DNA of 51,152 nucleotides from an uncultured Acidobacteriota bacterium (GCA_964438685.1 CAYTMD010000001.1:1-51152); one strand, 5' to 3'; counted from the stretch's first letter, positions 1 to 9,218 are shown. Numbers and translations are program-made. Notes: generated by a model not told the origin, from the letters alone.

Positions 1-237
1 CCCGATCGTGCTGATTACAACCTGCGGGGCCAGCTCGACCATCATGGGTGCGATTTGCAGGGTGAAATCCGCCGCGCCCCCGCTGACCTTCGGTTTGGGC
101 GGCATCGCCATCGGATTCTGCGGCGGTCGAGAAGCGTTTCCGAGCGCGAGCGACTCCGCGAATGCGGGCCGCAGCTCTCCCGCCCTCGCCCCGATCACAG
201 TGGCCCATCCAAGCCGCACAAAATCCCTTCGGTTCAT
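1..237 (-). CDS. Tat-signal secreted protein, N-terminal fragment (multicopper-oxidase-like); continues beyond left edge
   Basis: Absent from the ORF track because it runs off the window. Reverse-strand ATG at 237-235 reads MNRRDFVRLGWATVIGARAG...ADFTLQIAPMMVELAPQVVISTIG and stays open for 79 codons to position 1. RRDFV is a twin-arginine motif. Confidence 0.45.
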   Translation of the reverse strand, partial: MNRRDFVRLGWATVIGARAGELRPAFAESLALGNASRPPQNPMAMPPKPKVSGGAADFTLQIAPMMVELAPQVVISTIG

Positions 238-396
238 CTGATCCTCATCCCGCCCGCAAAGCCCGCCCAATGAGCACTGCCGTGATGAAAATGCCCTGGT
301 CGCCTTGCTATTGTTTACCCTTCAGCCTTGGGTTGAATGGTCGAGAAAGACCCACATTCTAACCGCTTCTAAGTTTCGTTTGTACTCCCAACATAC

Positions 397-448
397 AAAA
401 AAACGGCCACGCGGGCCTCTCTGAGCAGCATCTCTCTCCGAGGCCGCG
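397..448 (-). terminator. hairpin plus T-run, possible terminator downstream of the radical SAM gene
   Basis: Minus strand: CGCGGCCTC / GAGGCCCGCG stem (448-440, 419-410) followed by TGGCCG and TTTTTTT (403-397). It lies about 180 nt past the stop at 626, so the assignment is weak. Confidence 0.35.
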
Positions 449-625
449 TAATGAGCTGACCGAGATTTTGTACCATTCCCAGTGAGAGAGGTTATATCAA
501 AGCGGCGGCACGGCCCATCCAGAATTTCGGGCGAATAACGCCCGATTCGAAAGCTGTCCCACAGGGGCTCGCGGAGTAGTGCAGAATGCGCACAACTCCG
601 CGCTACCCCGCTTCTGTCGCCGGGG

Positions 626-1906
626 TTATCGGAGGGCGAACGCGTATGCCAAATTCAAGGGCAGAGTCCAAGACAGCTGGACGGGGGAGCGGGACAAGCG
701 CCTGCCTATGCTTTTCCACGAGTAGAATCGCCGGTTCGCATACTGGTATCCGGCCAAAAGTTCCTCTGGGGCCATCTGTCGGGGCCGGAAGACCACGTCA
801 GCCCGGCCGTTGTATTTGCTCCAGTCGCGCGTCAGAATCCGGCCCTCTGCTTCCAGACGTTGGTACAGCCGTGTCCCAGGAAAGGGAGTCAGGATATTGA
901 ACGTCGCATTCTGTACTCCTGCTGCCTCGAGGAAGTCCAACGTCTCGCCGAAGATCGCCCGTTTATCACTGTCGAAACCGAAGACGATTCCCGCCTGCAC
1001 CGCGATGCCATGGGAATGGATCCGCTCAATCGCGCGAACGTAGTCGGTCACACGATTGAACCCCTTCCGCACTTCATTCACGCTGGCTTGCGAGATTGAC
1101 TCCAGCCCAACGAATAGTTGCTTGCAGCCGCTTCTCGCGGCCAACTCAAGGAATTCGTCGTCCTGAGCAGCATGAATACTCGCTTGGCTGCTCCACCACT
1201 TGCGATGGGGAGCGAGAGCCTTGAACAAGGTCTTGGCGTACTCAATGTCGCTCGCGATGTTGTCATCCCACAGGATAATGACCTTGCCGGGGAAAGAGCC
1301 GAACTCTTCTGCGACAGTATCCACGCGCCGCTTGCGCACGCGGCTCTGATACATGACTGCCACCGTGCAGAAATCGCAACTGTAGGGGCAGCCGCGCGTG
1401 GCAAACAGGACTCCACCCGTATGGTCGCGCCGGTGAAACAGGTCTTTCCGCGACATCGGGGCATGTTCCAGAGTCGGGGGTTCAGTGGAACAGTACCGCT
1501 GGCCATGCCGCCCCGCGTCAAATTCGCGCATGAATTGCGGCCAGTTGGATTCCGCCTCCCCGACGAAGATCACGTCCGCGTGCGCCTGCGCCTCATCCGG
1601 CATCAGGGTTACATGCGGTCCACCCAGTGCCACCGGAATTCCCCGCTGCCGGAACCGGGCTGCCAAGGCATACGCGTGAGGCGCACTCGGGGTATGGAAG
1701 GTAATCGCCACCAGGTCCGCTTGCATCCCGAAATCGACCGGCCTAACCGCCTCATCGATGTGGAGCACCGTCCAATGTGGCGGTGCGAAGGCGGCAAGAT
1801 ACGGCATGGTGATCTGCTGGAAGTTCAGGACACGAGAACGCCGTATCCTCTGGATCTCCGGTGAGGAAGCAGTGATCAGAAGGAGGATTCGCGTGGCAGA
1901 GGACAT
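626..1906 (-). CDS. B12-binding-domain radical SAM protein
   Basis: 426 aa, ATG at 1906, TAA at 626. CxxxCxxC cluster motif GCPYSCDFC. N-terminal cobalamin-binding-like segment VALGGPHVTLMPDEA. Confidence 0.85.
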   Translation of the reverse strand: MSSATRILLLITASSPEIQRIRRSRVLNFQQITMPYLAAFAPPHWTVLHIDEAVRPVDFGMQADLVAITFHTPSAPHAYALAARFRQRGIPVALGGPHVTLMPDEAQAHADVIFVGEAESNWPQFMREFDAGRHGQRYCSTEPPTLEHAPMSRKDLFHRRDHTGGVLFATRGCPYSCDFCTVAVMYQSRVRKRRVDTVAEEFGSFPGKVIILWDDNIASDIEYAKTLFKALAPHRKWWSSQASIHAAQDDEFLELAARSGCKQLFVGLESISQASVNEVRKGFNRVTDYVRAIERIHSHGIAVQAGIVFGFDSDKRAIFGETLDFLEAAGVQNATFNILTPFPGTRLYQRLEAEGRILTRDWSKYNGRADVVFRPRQMAPEELLAGYQYANRRFYSWKSIGRRLSRSPVQLSWTLPLNLAYAFALR

Positions 1907-2275
1907 GTGCTCAGGGTCGTCTCCTGGTTGCAGCTAACAATGATTTGATTGATCCGTATAGTATCCGCAGCACCGGTTTCTGACCCTTATAACACGCCGT
2001 CGAATCGGTGCCTGCCGCAGAGGCGACACCGGAGTAATTTACGCGCCCGCTCAACGGCGTGCAAGGCCCAAAAGCCGCGGACCTTGTACCGCAGGTCCGC
2101 GCTACGATCCTTGCAAGGTCGCGTTTTCTTTAGAAACATCTTCATGTTGGAAGTGGCAATGTCGAGCGAGGAGACCCCTCCTCCGCTTCGTACCTCAGCA
2201 CCTACCCTCCGGGGAGAGGGTGTCCGTTGGGGTGGAATCCCTTTGGGGTTGCGGGCGGCCCGGGCGTCATTTCTC

Positions 2276-2304
2276 TTGACAATCTATAGGCTACCATGTA
2301 TGCT
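2276..2304 (+). promoter_or_regulatory. sigma70-like promoter candidate
   Basis: TTGACA (2276-2281), 17-nt spacer, TATGCT (2299-2304); about 30 nt upstream of the small ORF at 2334. Confidence 0.35.
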
Positions 2305-2333
2305 ACACAGGAAGGCTGGAAGGAAGCGCCGCC

Positions 2334-2459
2334 ATGTCCCTGGTAAAGCTCCGCGCCATGACACCCGCCCGTTGGGCCGCCAACCTCCACAACTCTCAAA
2401 AATCCACCGGCCTGCGCACAGGTGTTTCGCGACCCCGAGCGAAGCCTAGAAGCCATTGA
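2334..2459 (+). CDS. small hypothetical protein (41 aa)
   Basis: Below the ORF-track size cut-off. ATG at 2334 is preceded by GGAAGGAAG 7 nt upstream; TGA at 2457-2459. Product MSLVKLRAMTPARWAANLHNSQKSTGLRTGVSRPRAKPRSH. The AAN..N.QKSTG stretch resembles, from memory, an N-terminal motif of small uncharacterised proteins. Confidence 0.3.
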   Translation: MSLVKLRAMTPARWAANLHNSQKSTGLRTGVSRPRAKPRSH

Positions 2460-2725
2460 AAACAATAAGTAGAGCCAAAACAAGAATATTGTAAAGCTGG
2501 CATCTTATTGAAAGTAATAAACTTAAGCGATTTTCCCTTAATCTCATAGAAAATAAAGGTAGTTATATTCAAGCCAAGCAGCTTGGCGGGAACTCGATCT
2601 GCGATCAACACCGCTTGCGCCCATCCGATCCTTTCGACGCCCTGCTGATTCAAGCCCGTCTGCTCCCTGCAATCGTGCTAGAATCTGCCCCTGGCTTGGA
2701 AAAAATCCACATCTGGAGATGGCCG

Positions 2726-3337
2726 ATGAACATTCGCGTAGCCCTTGCGGCGCTTGTCCTCTTGTCGTTGATCCCTGCCCACGCACAACAATCCAAACCC
2801 ACCATCGTTGCTGAAGGCGGCCAGCCTGATGACCGTGCTTCCGCCCGCGTCCTGTATTGGAACATGGCGAAACACGGCGCGGCCGGGCAGTTTGCCATCG
2901 ATTACGGACGCCCCGCGTGGAAAAGCGTTTACGATGATCCGGTGAAATTTGACAAGATGACGAAGGGGAAAACCTGGCGGATGGGGAGCAATTTCTGGAC
3001 CGCCCTCGATACGTGTTTGCCCTTGAAGATTTCAGGCAAGGACGTTCCGGTGGGTTACTATTACCTCGGCCTGCACAGGTCGGAAGACGGATCTAACTGG
3101 AGCCTGGCGTTCATTGATCCGGCATCGGTCCGCGCGGCGCACATCGATGCCTTCGATATTGAAAAAGCCCCGATTGCGTTCGAGGTTCCCATGTCGACTG
3201 CCAAGGCTGCGACCAAGTCTGAAAAACTCACCATTGAGTTGTCCTATCCCAAGGACAACATGCACAGAGTTACTCTCAAGGTCGCGTGGGGAACCTTGGC
3301 GCTTACCGCTCCGATTGAAGTCACGGTCGAGGAGTGA
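2726..3337 (+). CDS. DUF2911-like secreted protein
   Basis: Start moved to ATG 2726 (GGAG at 2715-2718), giving signal peptide MNIRVALAALVLLSLIPAHA. The pattern YGRPAWK...GKTWRMGSNFWT...GYYYLGL recalls DUF2911. Confidence 0.6.
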   Translation: MNIRVALAALVLLSLIPAHAQQSKPTIVAEGGQPDDRASARVLYWNMAKHGAAGQFAIDYGRPAWKSVYDDPVKFDKMTKGKTWRMGSNFWTALDTCLPLKISGKDVPVGYYYLGLHRSEDGSNWSLAFIDPASVRAAHIDAFDIEKAPIAFEVPMSTAKAATKSEKLTIELSYPKDNMHRVTLKVAWGTLALTAPIEVTVEE

Positions 3338-3875
3338 CCGCCACTTTCCTGCGCGCGTCTTTTGTTCGCACACCCGTGCTTACGAAACGCGCTCGCTTGC
3401 GGTCTTTGCGTACACGGTCAATCGGGAAGACTTGATTGTGAATGACCAGGTACACCCCCGGGCGCAGCAAGCGCGCCGCCAGCAGGCTTTCCGTCAAATT
3501 CTGCAAACCATCGCTCTTCTCGAATCCTAATGGGGTCATGGCGCCGGTAAGGACTATGGGAAACTTCAGGCGCCGAAGACGCTTTTGCAGCAGCAAGCCT
3601 GTCTCCACCAGCGTATCCGTGCCATGGGTAATCACCACGGGGGCCGGGTGTTTCAATTTCTGTTCCACGATTTGCACCACGCGCTCGCGATCGGCGGAGG
3701 TCATCTCCAGGCTGTCTTTGTTCATGATGTGGGTTGCCTTGATCCTGAGGCCGGGGAGGCGCAGCATGCGAAGATACTGGTCAATCTTCGTGTCGAAATT
3801 GCCGACGGACCCAGTACCCTCCTGATAGACTTTTTCAATCGTCCCGCCGGTTGTAATCACGTAAAGCATTTGCAT
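3321..3875 (-). CDS. asparaginase-domain protein (single N-terminal-type domain, about 184 aa)
   Basis: TTGGTIEK and ITHGTDTLVETG threonine motifs of the L-asparaginase family. ATG at 3875 with AAGGTGG upstream. 17-nt tail-to-tail overlap with the preceding gene. Confidence 0.7.
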   Translation of the reverse strand: MQMLYVITTGGTIEKVYQEGTGSVGNFDTKIDQYLRMLRLPGLRIKATHIMNKDSLEMTSADRERVVQIVEQKLKHPAPVVITHGTDTLVETGLLLQKRLRRLKFPIVLTGAMTPLGFEKSDGLQNLTESLLAARLLRPGVYLVIHNQVFPIDRVRKDRKRARFVSTGVRTKDARRKVAVTPRP

Positions 3876-4081
3876 GCCCAATCCCACCTTTCCCTACGAC
3901 TCTCTAGGATGCGATTTTACTTCAAGATCGCGAATCTTTCTCAGGAGCCTTGGCCGCACGCTGTGCCGGATGCACGCCCGCCAATGTTGCAGGATTCTCC
4001 ATCAAATCCATTTACATTTGCCATGGAAGAAACTATAAGTACCACGCGTAGTTTCCATAACTCTATTCTTGAGGATTCATC

Positions 4082-4675
4082 ATGTACTGCCGCAATTGCG
4101 CTCGACAGCTTGCCGATACCGCCGAGTTCTGCGTGGACTGTGGACAACGCCCGATGGCGGGCACGCGCTTCTGCTCCCACTGCGGGAAGGAAATGGTTGC
4201 TAATGCAGAAATCTGCGCCCAATGCGGAGTTCGCGCTGTTGCCGGCGGTGGCGGCGGCAAAGACCTCGTCACGGCGACGGTGCTTTCCATGTTCCTTGGG
4301 GTCTTCGGCGTGGATCGTTTTTATCTTGGCTACACGGGATTGGGAATTTTGAAATTGGTTACCCTGGGAGGCTGTGGAATCTGGGCCTTTGTGGACATGT
4401 TCCTCATCATTCTCAAGAAACTACCCGACGCGCAGGGCAATCCCTTGCGGTTTGTTTCTCCCAGTCAACCCAGCGATAAAGACTGGGCCTCCGCACTGTT
4501 GCTCTCCATTTTTCTGGGATGGCTGGGCATCGACCGCTTCTATCTGGGTTATACCGGACTGGGAGTGCTGAAACTCGTCACCGGCGGGGCTTGCGGCATC
4601 TGGTGCCTGGTGGACTCCGTTTTGATTGCGGTGAACAAGCTGCCGGATGCGAGCGGCAAACCTCTCCGAATGTAG
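4082..4675 (+). CDS. double zinc-ribbon protein with two tandem TM2 domains
   Basis: CRNC..CVDC and CSHC..CAQC at the N-terminus. Two copies of the [27 protein letters not shown] motif. Confidence 0.8.
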   Translation: MYCRNCARQLADTAEFCVDCGQRPMAGTRFCSHCGKEMVANAEICAQCGVRAVAGGGGGKDLVTATVLSMFLGVFGVDRFYLGYTGLGILKLVTLGGCGIWAFVDMFLIILKKLPDAQGNPLRFVSPSQPSDKDWASALLLSIFLGWLGIDRFYLGYTGLGVLKLVTGGACGIWCLVDSVLIAVNKLPDASGKPLRM

Positions 4676-4713
4676 GGAATGTGGCGCCGTTTTCCAAGGG
4701 AATATCGCGATTG

Positions 4714-5001
4714 ATGGTACTGTCACTCGGCCTTGCGGTTCTTGTGGCGGTCCCACCCCAGGTGCTGGCGCGGGGGCCTGACATCTGCTTGTGGAAGCAT
4801 CTGTTCCATCTTGCTGCCTGCCCCGCCTGTGGCAGCACTCGGGCGCTCGCCGCGTTTTTTCACGGACACCTCGCGGAGGCGCTGGCTTACAACCGCAATG
4901 TTTTGGTCACAGGGCCGTTGATGATTGGCCTTCTGATTCATGATGTCGCTTTGAGCCTTACCGGGCGGGGATCAGGGGGTCCTCCGAAGGGTAAAGTATA
5001 A
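4714..5001 (+). CDS. DUF2752-like small membrane protein
   Basis: ATG at 4714 inside the longer track ORF. CPACGSTRA (CPxCGxTR) motif followed by hydrophobic segments. Confidence 0.6.
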   Translation: MVLSLGLAVLVAVPPQVLARGPDICLWKHLFHLAACPACGSTRALAAFFHGHLAEALAYNRNVLVTGPLMIGLLIHDVALSLTGRGSGGPPKGKV

Positions 5002-5038
5002 AGGGTACGTAACTTCAGCCTTTACCCTTTATCCTTCC
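4987..5038. repeat. heptamer-based inverted repeat (AAGGGTA AAGTATA AAGGGTA / TACCCTTTAT)
   Basis: The left arm overlaps the last codons and stop (KGKV*) of the DUF2752 gene. The right arm CCTTTACCCTTTATCC follows about 15 nt later. The same AAAGGGTAAAG motif recurs at 29335-29346. Confidence 0.7.
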
Positions 5039-5119
5039 CTGCTTCCAGCCGCGGCGACGTGGTAGCTGGCCCGTGGTCTTGAATTCCTCCCCCAATTCCA
5101 ATAAAGTCTCAAGATCTCT

Positions 5120-6463
5120 GTGATTAGTGTTGAATACATCCTGGACCGGACGTGTGGCGACCTGCCGAGGCCCCCGCTTGCAAGATGGGCGGCTGTCCTC
5201 TTTACTCTATTTGTTCTGGCGCTCCAGATTTCGCTTGCCGCTTCTCAGGCTTTCCTGGCGGGCGCGGGACTCCTTTATGTGATTCACCTGTTGCGGGACC
5301 GGCCTAAGGTTTTCTTCCTGCCCGTAAAGCTCCCCCTTGCACTCTTTTGCATATTATCCATAGTTTCGATTTTCTGGGCGGCGAACCCTACGGCGGGGTG
5401 GTTTGCCATAAGGAAATTTGTACTTTTTCTCATCTGGCTGCTGGCAGTCAATCTTGTTGTCAGCGCGGACCAGTTGCGCCGGCTCCTGCTGAACTTCTTT
5501 CTTGTATCTTTCTTGACGAGCCTCGTGGGCATCGCGCAATTCATCATCCAGTATCGCGATGCGCGGGCGCATCATTCCGGGGAGCTTTACCATTACCTTA
5601 CGTCAGCGCGCATCCACGGGTTTATGGGACACTGGATGCACTTTGGCGGTCAGCAGATGATGGTCTTTGTTTTCCTGCTGGCATTCCTGCTGCTCGCGAG
5701 CGGTCGACACTCGAAAATCGAAATTCGAAACTCGGGACCTGAACGCCGAATTTCGAGTTCCGAGTTTCGAATTTCGGCCTTATGGTGGATGCTGCTCGCC
5801 CTCGTCACTGTTTCCATAATTCTGAGCTTCACCCGTGGAGTTTGGCTGGGTTGTTTCCTTGCCGGGGTCTATCTCCTGGCTCGATGGAAACCGAAGTGGC
5901 TCTTGGCAATGCCGATCCTGCTGGCATTGGCCTATGTAGGGGCGCCGTCGTTGCTGCGTGAGCGGGTCCATTTGGCGATGCATCCCACGCATGAACCCGC
6001 CCTGTCCATCCGCCTCGAAATGTGGCACGTCGCAATTAGGATGATCCGCGCGCACCCCTGGGTGGGAGTGGGCCCCAACAATATCGAAGAGGCTTACGAT
6101 CTTTACCTGCCGCCGGGGAAGACCCCGGAGGTGGGTTATCACAGCCACTTTCACAATGATTATCTTCAATTCGGTGCTGAGCGCGGATTGCCGTGCCTGG
6201 CTGCGTGGATGTGGCTCATGGCGGCCCTGGGCTGGTATACTTGGAGGCTTCGGCGAAGACTTTCCAGTCAAAGGTGGATCGCCGATGCTTCTCTGGCCGC
6301 TTGGCTGGCATTCCTGGCTGAGGGCTGTTTCGAATTCAACTTTGGTACCTCGCCGGTCCTCATGGTGTTTCTCTTTGTTACTTCTACCCCTTTTATAGCC
6401 GCAAGGGTTGTTCCTTCCGGAAAAGGCTCGGAGAATACAGACGACACCGCTCCGACGCGCTGA
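5120..6463 (+). CDS. O-antigen ligase / polymerase family membrane protein
   Basis: 447 aa, polytopic, GTG start. SFTRGVWLG and GYHSHFHNDYLQFGAERG segments are typical of the O-antigen ligase (Wzy_C) family. Confidence 0.75.
   Translation: MISVEYILDRTCGDLPRPPLARWAAVLFTLFVLALQISLAASQAFLAGAGLLYVIHLLRDRPKVFFLPVKLPLALFCILSIVSIFWAANPTAGWFAIRKFVLFLIWLLAVNLVVSADQLRRLLLNFFLVSFLTSLVGIAQFIIQYRDARAHHSGELYHYLTSARIHGFMGHWMHFGGQQMMVFVFLLAFLLLASGRHSKIEIRNSGPERRISSSEFRISALWWMLLALVTVSIILSFTRGVWLGCFLAGVYLLARWKPKWLLAMPILLALAYVGAPSLLRERVHLAMHPTHEPALSIRLEMWHVAIRMIRAHPWVGVGPNNIEEAYDLYLPPGKTPEVGYHSHFHNDYLQFGAERGLPCLAAWMWLMAALGWYTWRLRRRLSSQRWIADASLAAWLAFLAEGCFEFNFGTSPVLMVFLFVTSTPFIAARVVPSGKGSENTDDTAPTR
5711..5778. 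repeat. palindromic dispersed element lying in frame inside the ligase CDS
   Basis: Perfect 17-bp inverted repeat CGAAATTCGAAACTCGG (5719-5735) / CCGAGTTTCGAATTTCG (5760-5776). Translated as KIEIRNSGPERRISSSEFRIS. The 16-mer CGAAATTCGAAACTCG is identical at 9121-9136. Confidence 0.8.
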
Positions 6464-6529
6464 CCTTTTACAATTCTTAACAGCTATTTATAAGTGAATT
6501 GAGCCATTACAAGATACACTGTTTGCGAA

Positions 6530-8083
6530 ATGAACCCTAGACAGCAGATGTTGCGAAGTTCGGTGATTGTAGCGTTCTTTAACCTGCTGGGCGGGCTGAG
6601 CGGAATACTGGTGGAAACCAGTATCGCCGCAAATCTGGGGCTTTCGTTACGCTCTGACACGTTTTACGTCGCTTACACGATTCCTTACATCATCTCCAAC
6701 CTGCTTACGGCGACGAGCCAGTTTTCCCTGGTGCCATTCTTTGCTTCGCTCGAATCAGCCAAGGACGAAAACCAACTATGGCGCGGTTTCAGTTACGTCA
6801 CCAACATCCTTTTTCTTGGATTGGGGGCGATTGCCGTGGTGGGTGCGGTGACGGCGCCGTGGATTATTCACGCCATCGCTCCAGGGTTCTCGCCCCAACA
6901 CGTTGAAGTCGCCGCGCAACTCTCACGCTGGCTCTTTCTCATCATCATTCCCGCAGGGATAGGGGAAGTGCTGCGCTCATTTCTTCTCAGCCGGCACTAT
7001 TTCGCGATCTCAACGGCATCGGGCTTTATTCGCAACGTCGCCTCAATTTTGGTAATTCTCCTGGGATTTCACCGTTACGGCGCCCAGAGCATCTTCCTGG
7101 GGTATTTAGCCGGATACCTGTTGCAGTTGGTGGTTCTGGGTTCACAGATCCTGGTGTCCTCTCGCCCCCGCTATAGCATGACTCTGACCGGCAGTGGCAA
7201 GTCCTTCACCAACTTGCGCGGCGCGGGAACGGCGCAGTTGGCGGGGGCATTAGGCTGGCAGGGTGTGGTGGTGGTGGAACGCATCATTGCTTCATTTCTC
7301 CCCGCCGGGACGTTAACTGCCTTGAATTATGGCTTCCGCATACTCGGTACACTCGCCGAACTCCTTGGCGGTAGCGTTGGAACCGCTTCTTTACCGAGTC
7401 TTTCACGTGCCGTGGCGGCGGGTGACCATGACAAGGAACACAAAACTTTTCGTGACACACTGGAAATCAGCCTCTTACTTCTCTCTCCGATGGTGGTCTA
7501 TTGCCTGACGCTCAGTCACAACATCATCCGGCTGGTTTTCCAACGGGGCAACTTCACCGCTGAAGCCACCAGCCTGATGGCTTCAGTGTTTTTCTATTAC
7601 AGCCTCAGCTTGATCTTCTTCGCGCTCATTCGCTTACTGAGTTTTTATCTCTTTGCGCGCCTTGAGCCCGGAATATATTTCCGTTTGTCACTCTTCCAAT
7701 ACGTCGTAAACATAGTCTTTGATTTAATCTATGTGGGGGTTTTTCACCTCGGCGCAAAAGGGATTCCGCTCGGTTTTCTAACCAGCCTGGTAGTAGCCTG
7801 CGCTGTGGCTTATTGGCGGAATCTCGCCAGCTTTCAGCTCGTTGTTGACCGTACGCTTACCGCCTTTACCGGAAAGGCCGTTCTCGCCAGCGGGTTGGCA
7901 GCTTTGGTAATGCTGGGTCTGCGCGCCGCTTATGGCAATCCTCCCACCAACCCGGCGAATTTCGTTTACTTGTGCGTCATGTGCTCAACGGGTGGGCTGG
8001 TGTTCTTCGCCAGCATGGCCCTTTCCGGGGCGATTCGGATGGCGGACTTCTCCATCCTCTGGCGGCGCCCGGGAAACGCGTGA
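6530..8083 (+). CDS. MurJ/MviN-family (MOP superfamily) lipid-linked glycan flippase
   Basis: 517 aa, many TM helices. The N-terminal pattern (SDTFYVAYTIPYIISNLL) and the overall layout resemble MurJ/MviN. Confidence 0.75.
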   Translation: MNPRQQMLRSSVIVAFFNLLGGLSGILVETSIAANLGLSLRSDTFYVAYTIPYIISNLLTATSQFSLVPFFASLESAKDENQLWRGFSYVTNILFLGLGAIAVVGAVTAPWIIHAIAPGFSPQHVEVAAQLSRWLFLIIIPAGIGEVLRSFLLSRHYFAISTASGFIRNVASILVILLGFHRYGAQSIFLGYLAGYLLQLVVLGSQILVSSRPRYSMTLTGSGKSFTNLRGAGTAQLAGALGWQGVVVVERIIASFLPAGTLTALNYGFRILGTLAELLGGSVGTASLPSLSRAVAAGDHDKEHKTFRDTLEISLLLLSPMVVYCLTLSHNIIRLVFQRGNFTAEATSLMASVFFYYSLSLIFFALIRLLSFYLFARLEPGIYFRLSLFQYVVNIVFDLIYVGVFHLGAKGIPLGFLTSLVVACAVAYWRNLASFQLVVDRTLTAFTGKAVLASGLAALVMLGLRAAYGNPPTNPANFVYLCVMCSTGGLVFFASMALSGAIRMADFSILWRRPGNA

Positions 8084-8104
8084 AAGACCTTCGTTGCAAC
8101 CTAC

Positions 8105-9091
8105 ATGGAAATGGCCACTTACCGTGTTTTAGTGGTAACGAATCTTTGGCCTACGGAAGCTGACCCGGGATACGGCAGCTTTGTGAAGGCGCAGATGGAG
8201 TCGCTCCGCCCACTGGGAGTGGAGTTTGACGTTCTCTTCATTAATGGGCGCGAATCCAAATGGAATTACCTGCGCGGCATTTCCCAGGTCCGCCGGCAAT
8301 TGCGGGCGAAGCCATACGATCTGATCCATGCGCACTTTGGTCTTGCCGGGTGGGTGGCGCGTTTTCAGGACCGCGTGCCGGTGGTGGTTTCGTTCATGGG
8401 CGACGACGTTTTGGGCCGGCCCACACGCAGCGGACGGATTACCCTTGCCGGCCATTTCCTGCGAATCTCGGGATTCATTCTGGCGCGCTTGGCCACCTCC
8501 GTGATTGTGAAATCGCGGCAGATGGCTGCCAAGCTGTGCCTGCCCTCTGCGCACGTCATTCCCAACGGGGTTGACCTGAATCTATTCCACCCCACGCCAC
8601 AGAAGGAGGCACGCCAGACGCTGGGCCTCGAAGCCGGGAAAAAGTTTGTATTGTTTCCTTATAATCCTGACGAAGCTCGCAAGCGTTATGACCTGATCCA
8701 GGCCGCCGCTTCCCTGGCGCGCGCACAGGTGTCCAACCTCGAACTGGTGGTGGCTCGCGGCGTGCGGCAGGAACAGATTGCGCTCTACATGAACGCCGCC
8801 GATGTTATGGTGATGGCGTCCATTTTTGAAGGGTCGCCCAATGCGGTCAAGGAAGCCATGGCCACAAACCTTCCAGTGATTACCGTGGATGTCGGCGACG
8901 CCGCTGAATTGATCGGCCCCACCGACGGATGCCACCTGGTTCTGCGTGAGGCGCCTGCAATTGCGGAGAAGATCGTCGAAGTTTGCCGTCGCGGCGGACG
9001 CACGAACGGCCGCGAGTGGATTCGCAAACTGTCCATGGAAGCCGTGGCGCAGCAAATTGTTGATGTATACGCCGCGACTTTGCGGCGATGA
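8105..9091 (+). CDS. glycosyltransferase family 4
   Basis: 328 aa. C-terminal FEGSPNAVKEAMATNLPVI (EX7E-type) motif of GT-B retaining transferases. Confidence 0.8.
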   Translation: MEMATYRVLVVTNLWPTEADPGYGSFVKAQMESLRPLGVEFDVLFINGRESKWNYLRGISQVRRQLRAKPYDLIHAHFGLAGWVARFQDRVPVVVSFMGDDVLGRPTRSGRITLAGHFLRISGFILARLATSVIVKSRQMAAKLCLPSAHVIPNGVDLNLFHPTPQKEARQTLGLEAGKKFVLFPYNPDEARKRYDLIQAAASLARAQVSNLELVVARGVRQEQIALYMNAADVMVMASIFEGSPNAVKEAMATNLPVITVDVGDAAELIGPTDGCHLVLREAPAIAEKIVEVCRRGGRTNGREWIRKLSMEAVAQQIVDVYAATLRR

Positions 9092-9104
9092 TCCGACGAC
9101 GCGA

Positions 9105-9153
9105 GACGAAAATCGAAGCTCGAAATTCGAAACTCGCCACGAATTTCGATTGG
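9105..9153. repeat. copy of the CGAAATTCGAAACTCG dispersed element
   Basis: GACGAAAATCGAAGCTCGAAATTCGAAACTCGCCACGAATTTCGATTGG, directly after the GT4 stop. Confidence 0.75.
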
Positions 9154-9218
9154 TAAGACAGCCAGATTTCACAGATAGAGAATCCGTGTACTCTGCGTAA
9201 TCTTTGGACCTGATTAAA

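Noticed and set aside
2305-2333. GGCTGGAAGGAAGCGCC resembles the GGAAGGAAGC core of SRP (4.5S) RNA helix 8.
   Set aside because: The flanks do not form the required closing helices or a long hairpin on either strand. The purine run sits 7 nt upstream of an ATG and is better explained as a Shine-Dalgarno sequence.
1949-2449. A 166-aa plus-strand ORF sits in the radical SAM / DUF2911 intergenic gap.
   Set aside because: It is Arg/Pro/Ser-rich with no ribosome-binding site, and it crosses the promoter-like element. The short ORF at 2334-2459 in another frame is better supported.
3321-3337. A 17-nt tail-to-tail overlap of the DUF2911 and asparaginase-domain genes.
   Set aside because: Short convergent overlaps are common in compact GC-rich genomes, and nothing else is unusual here.
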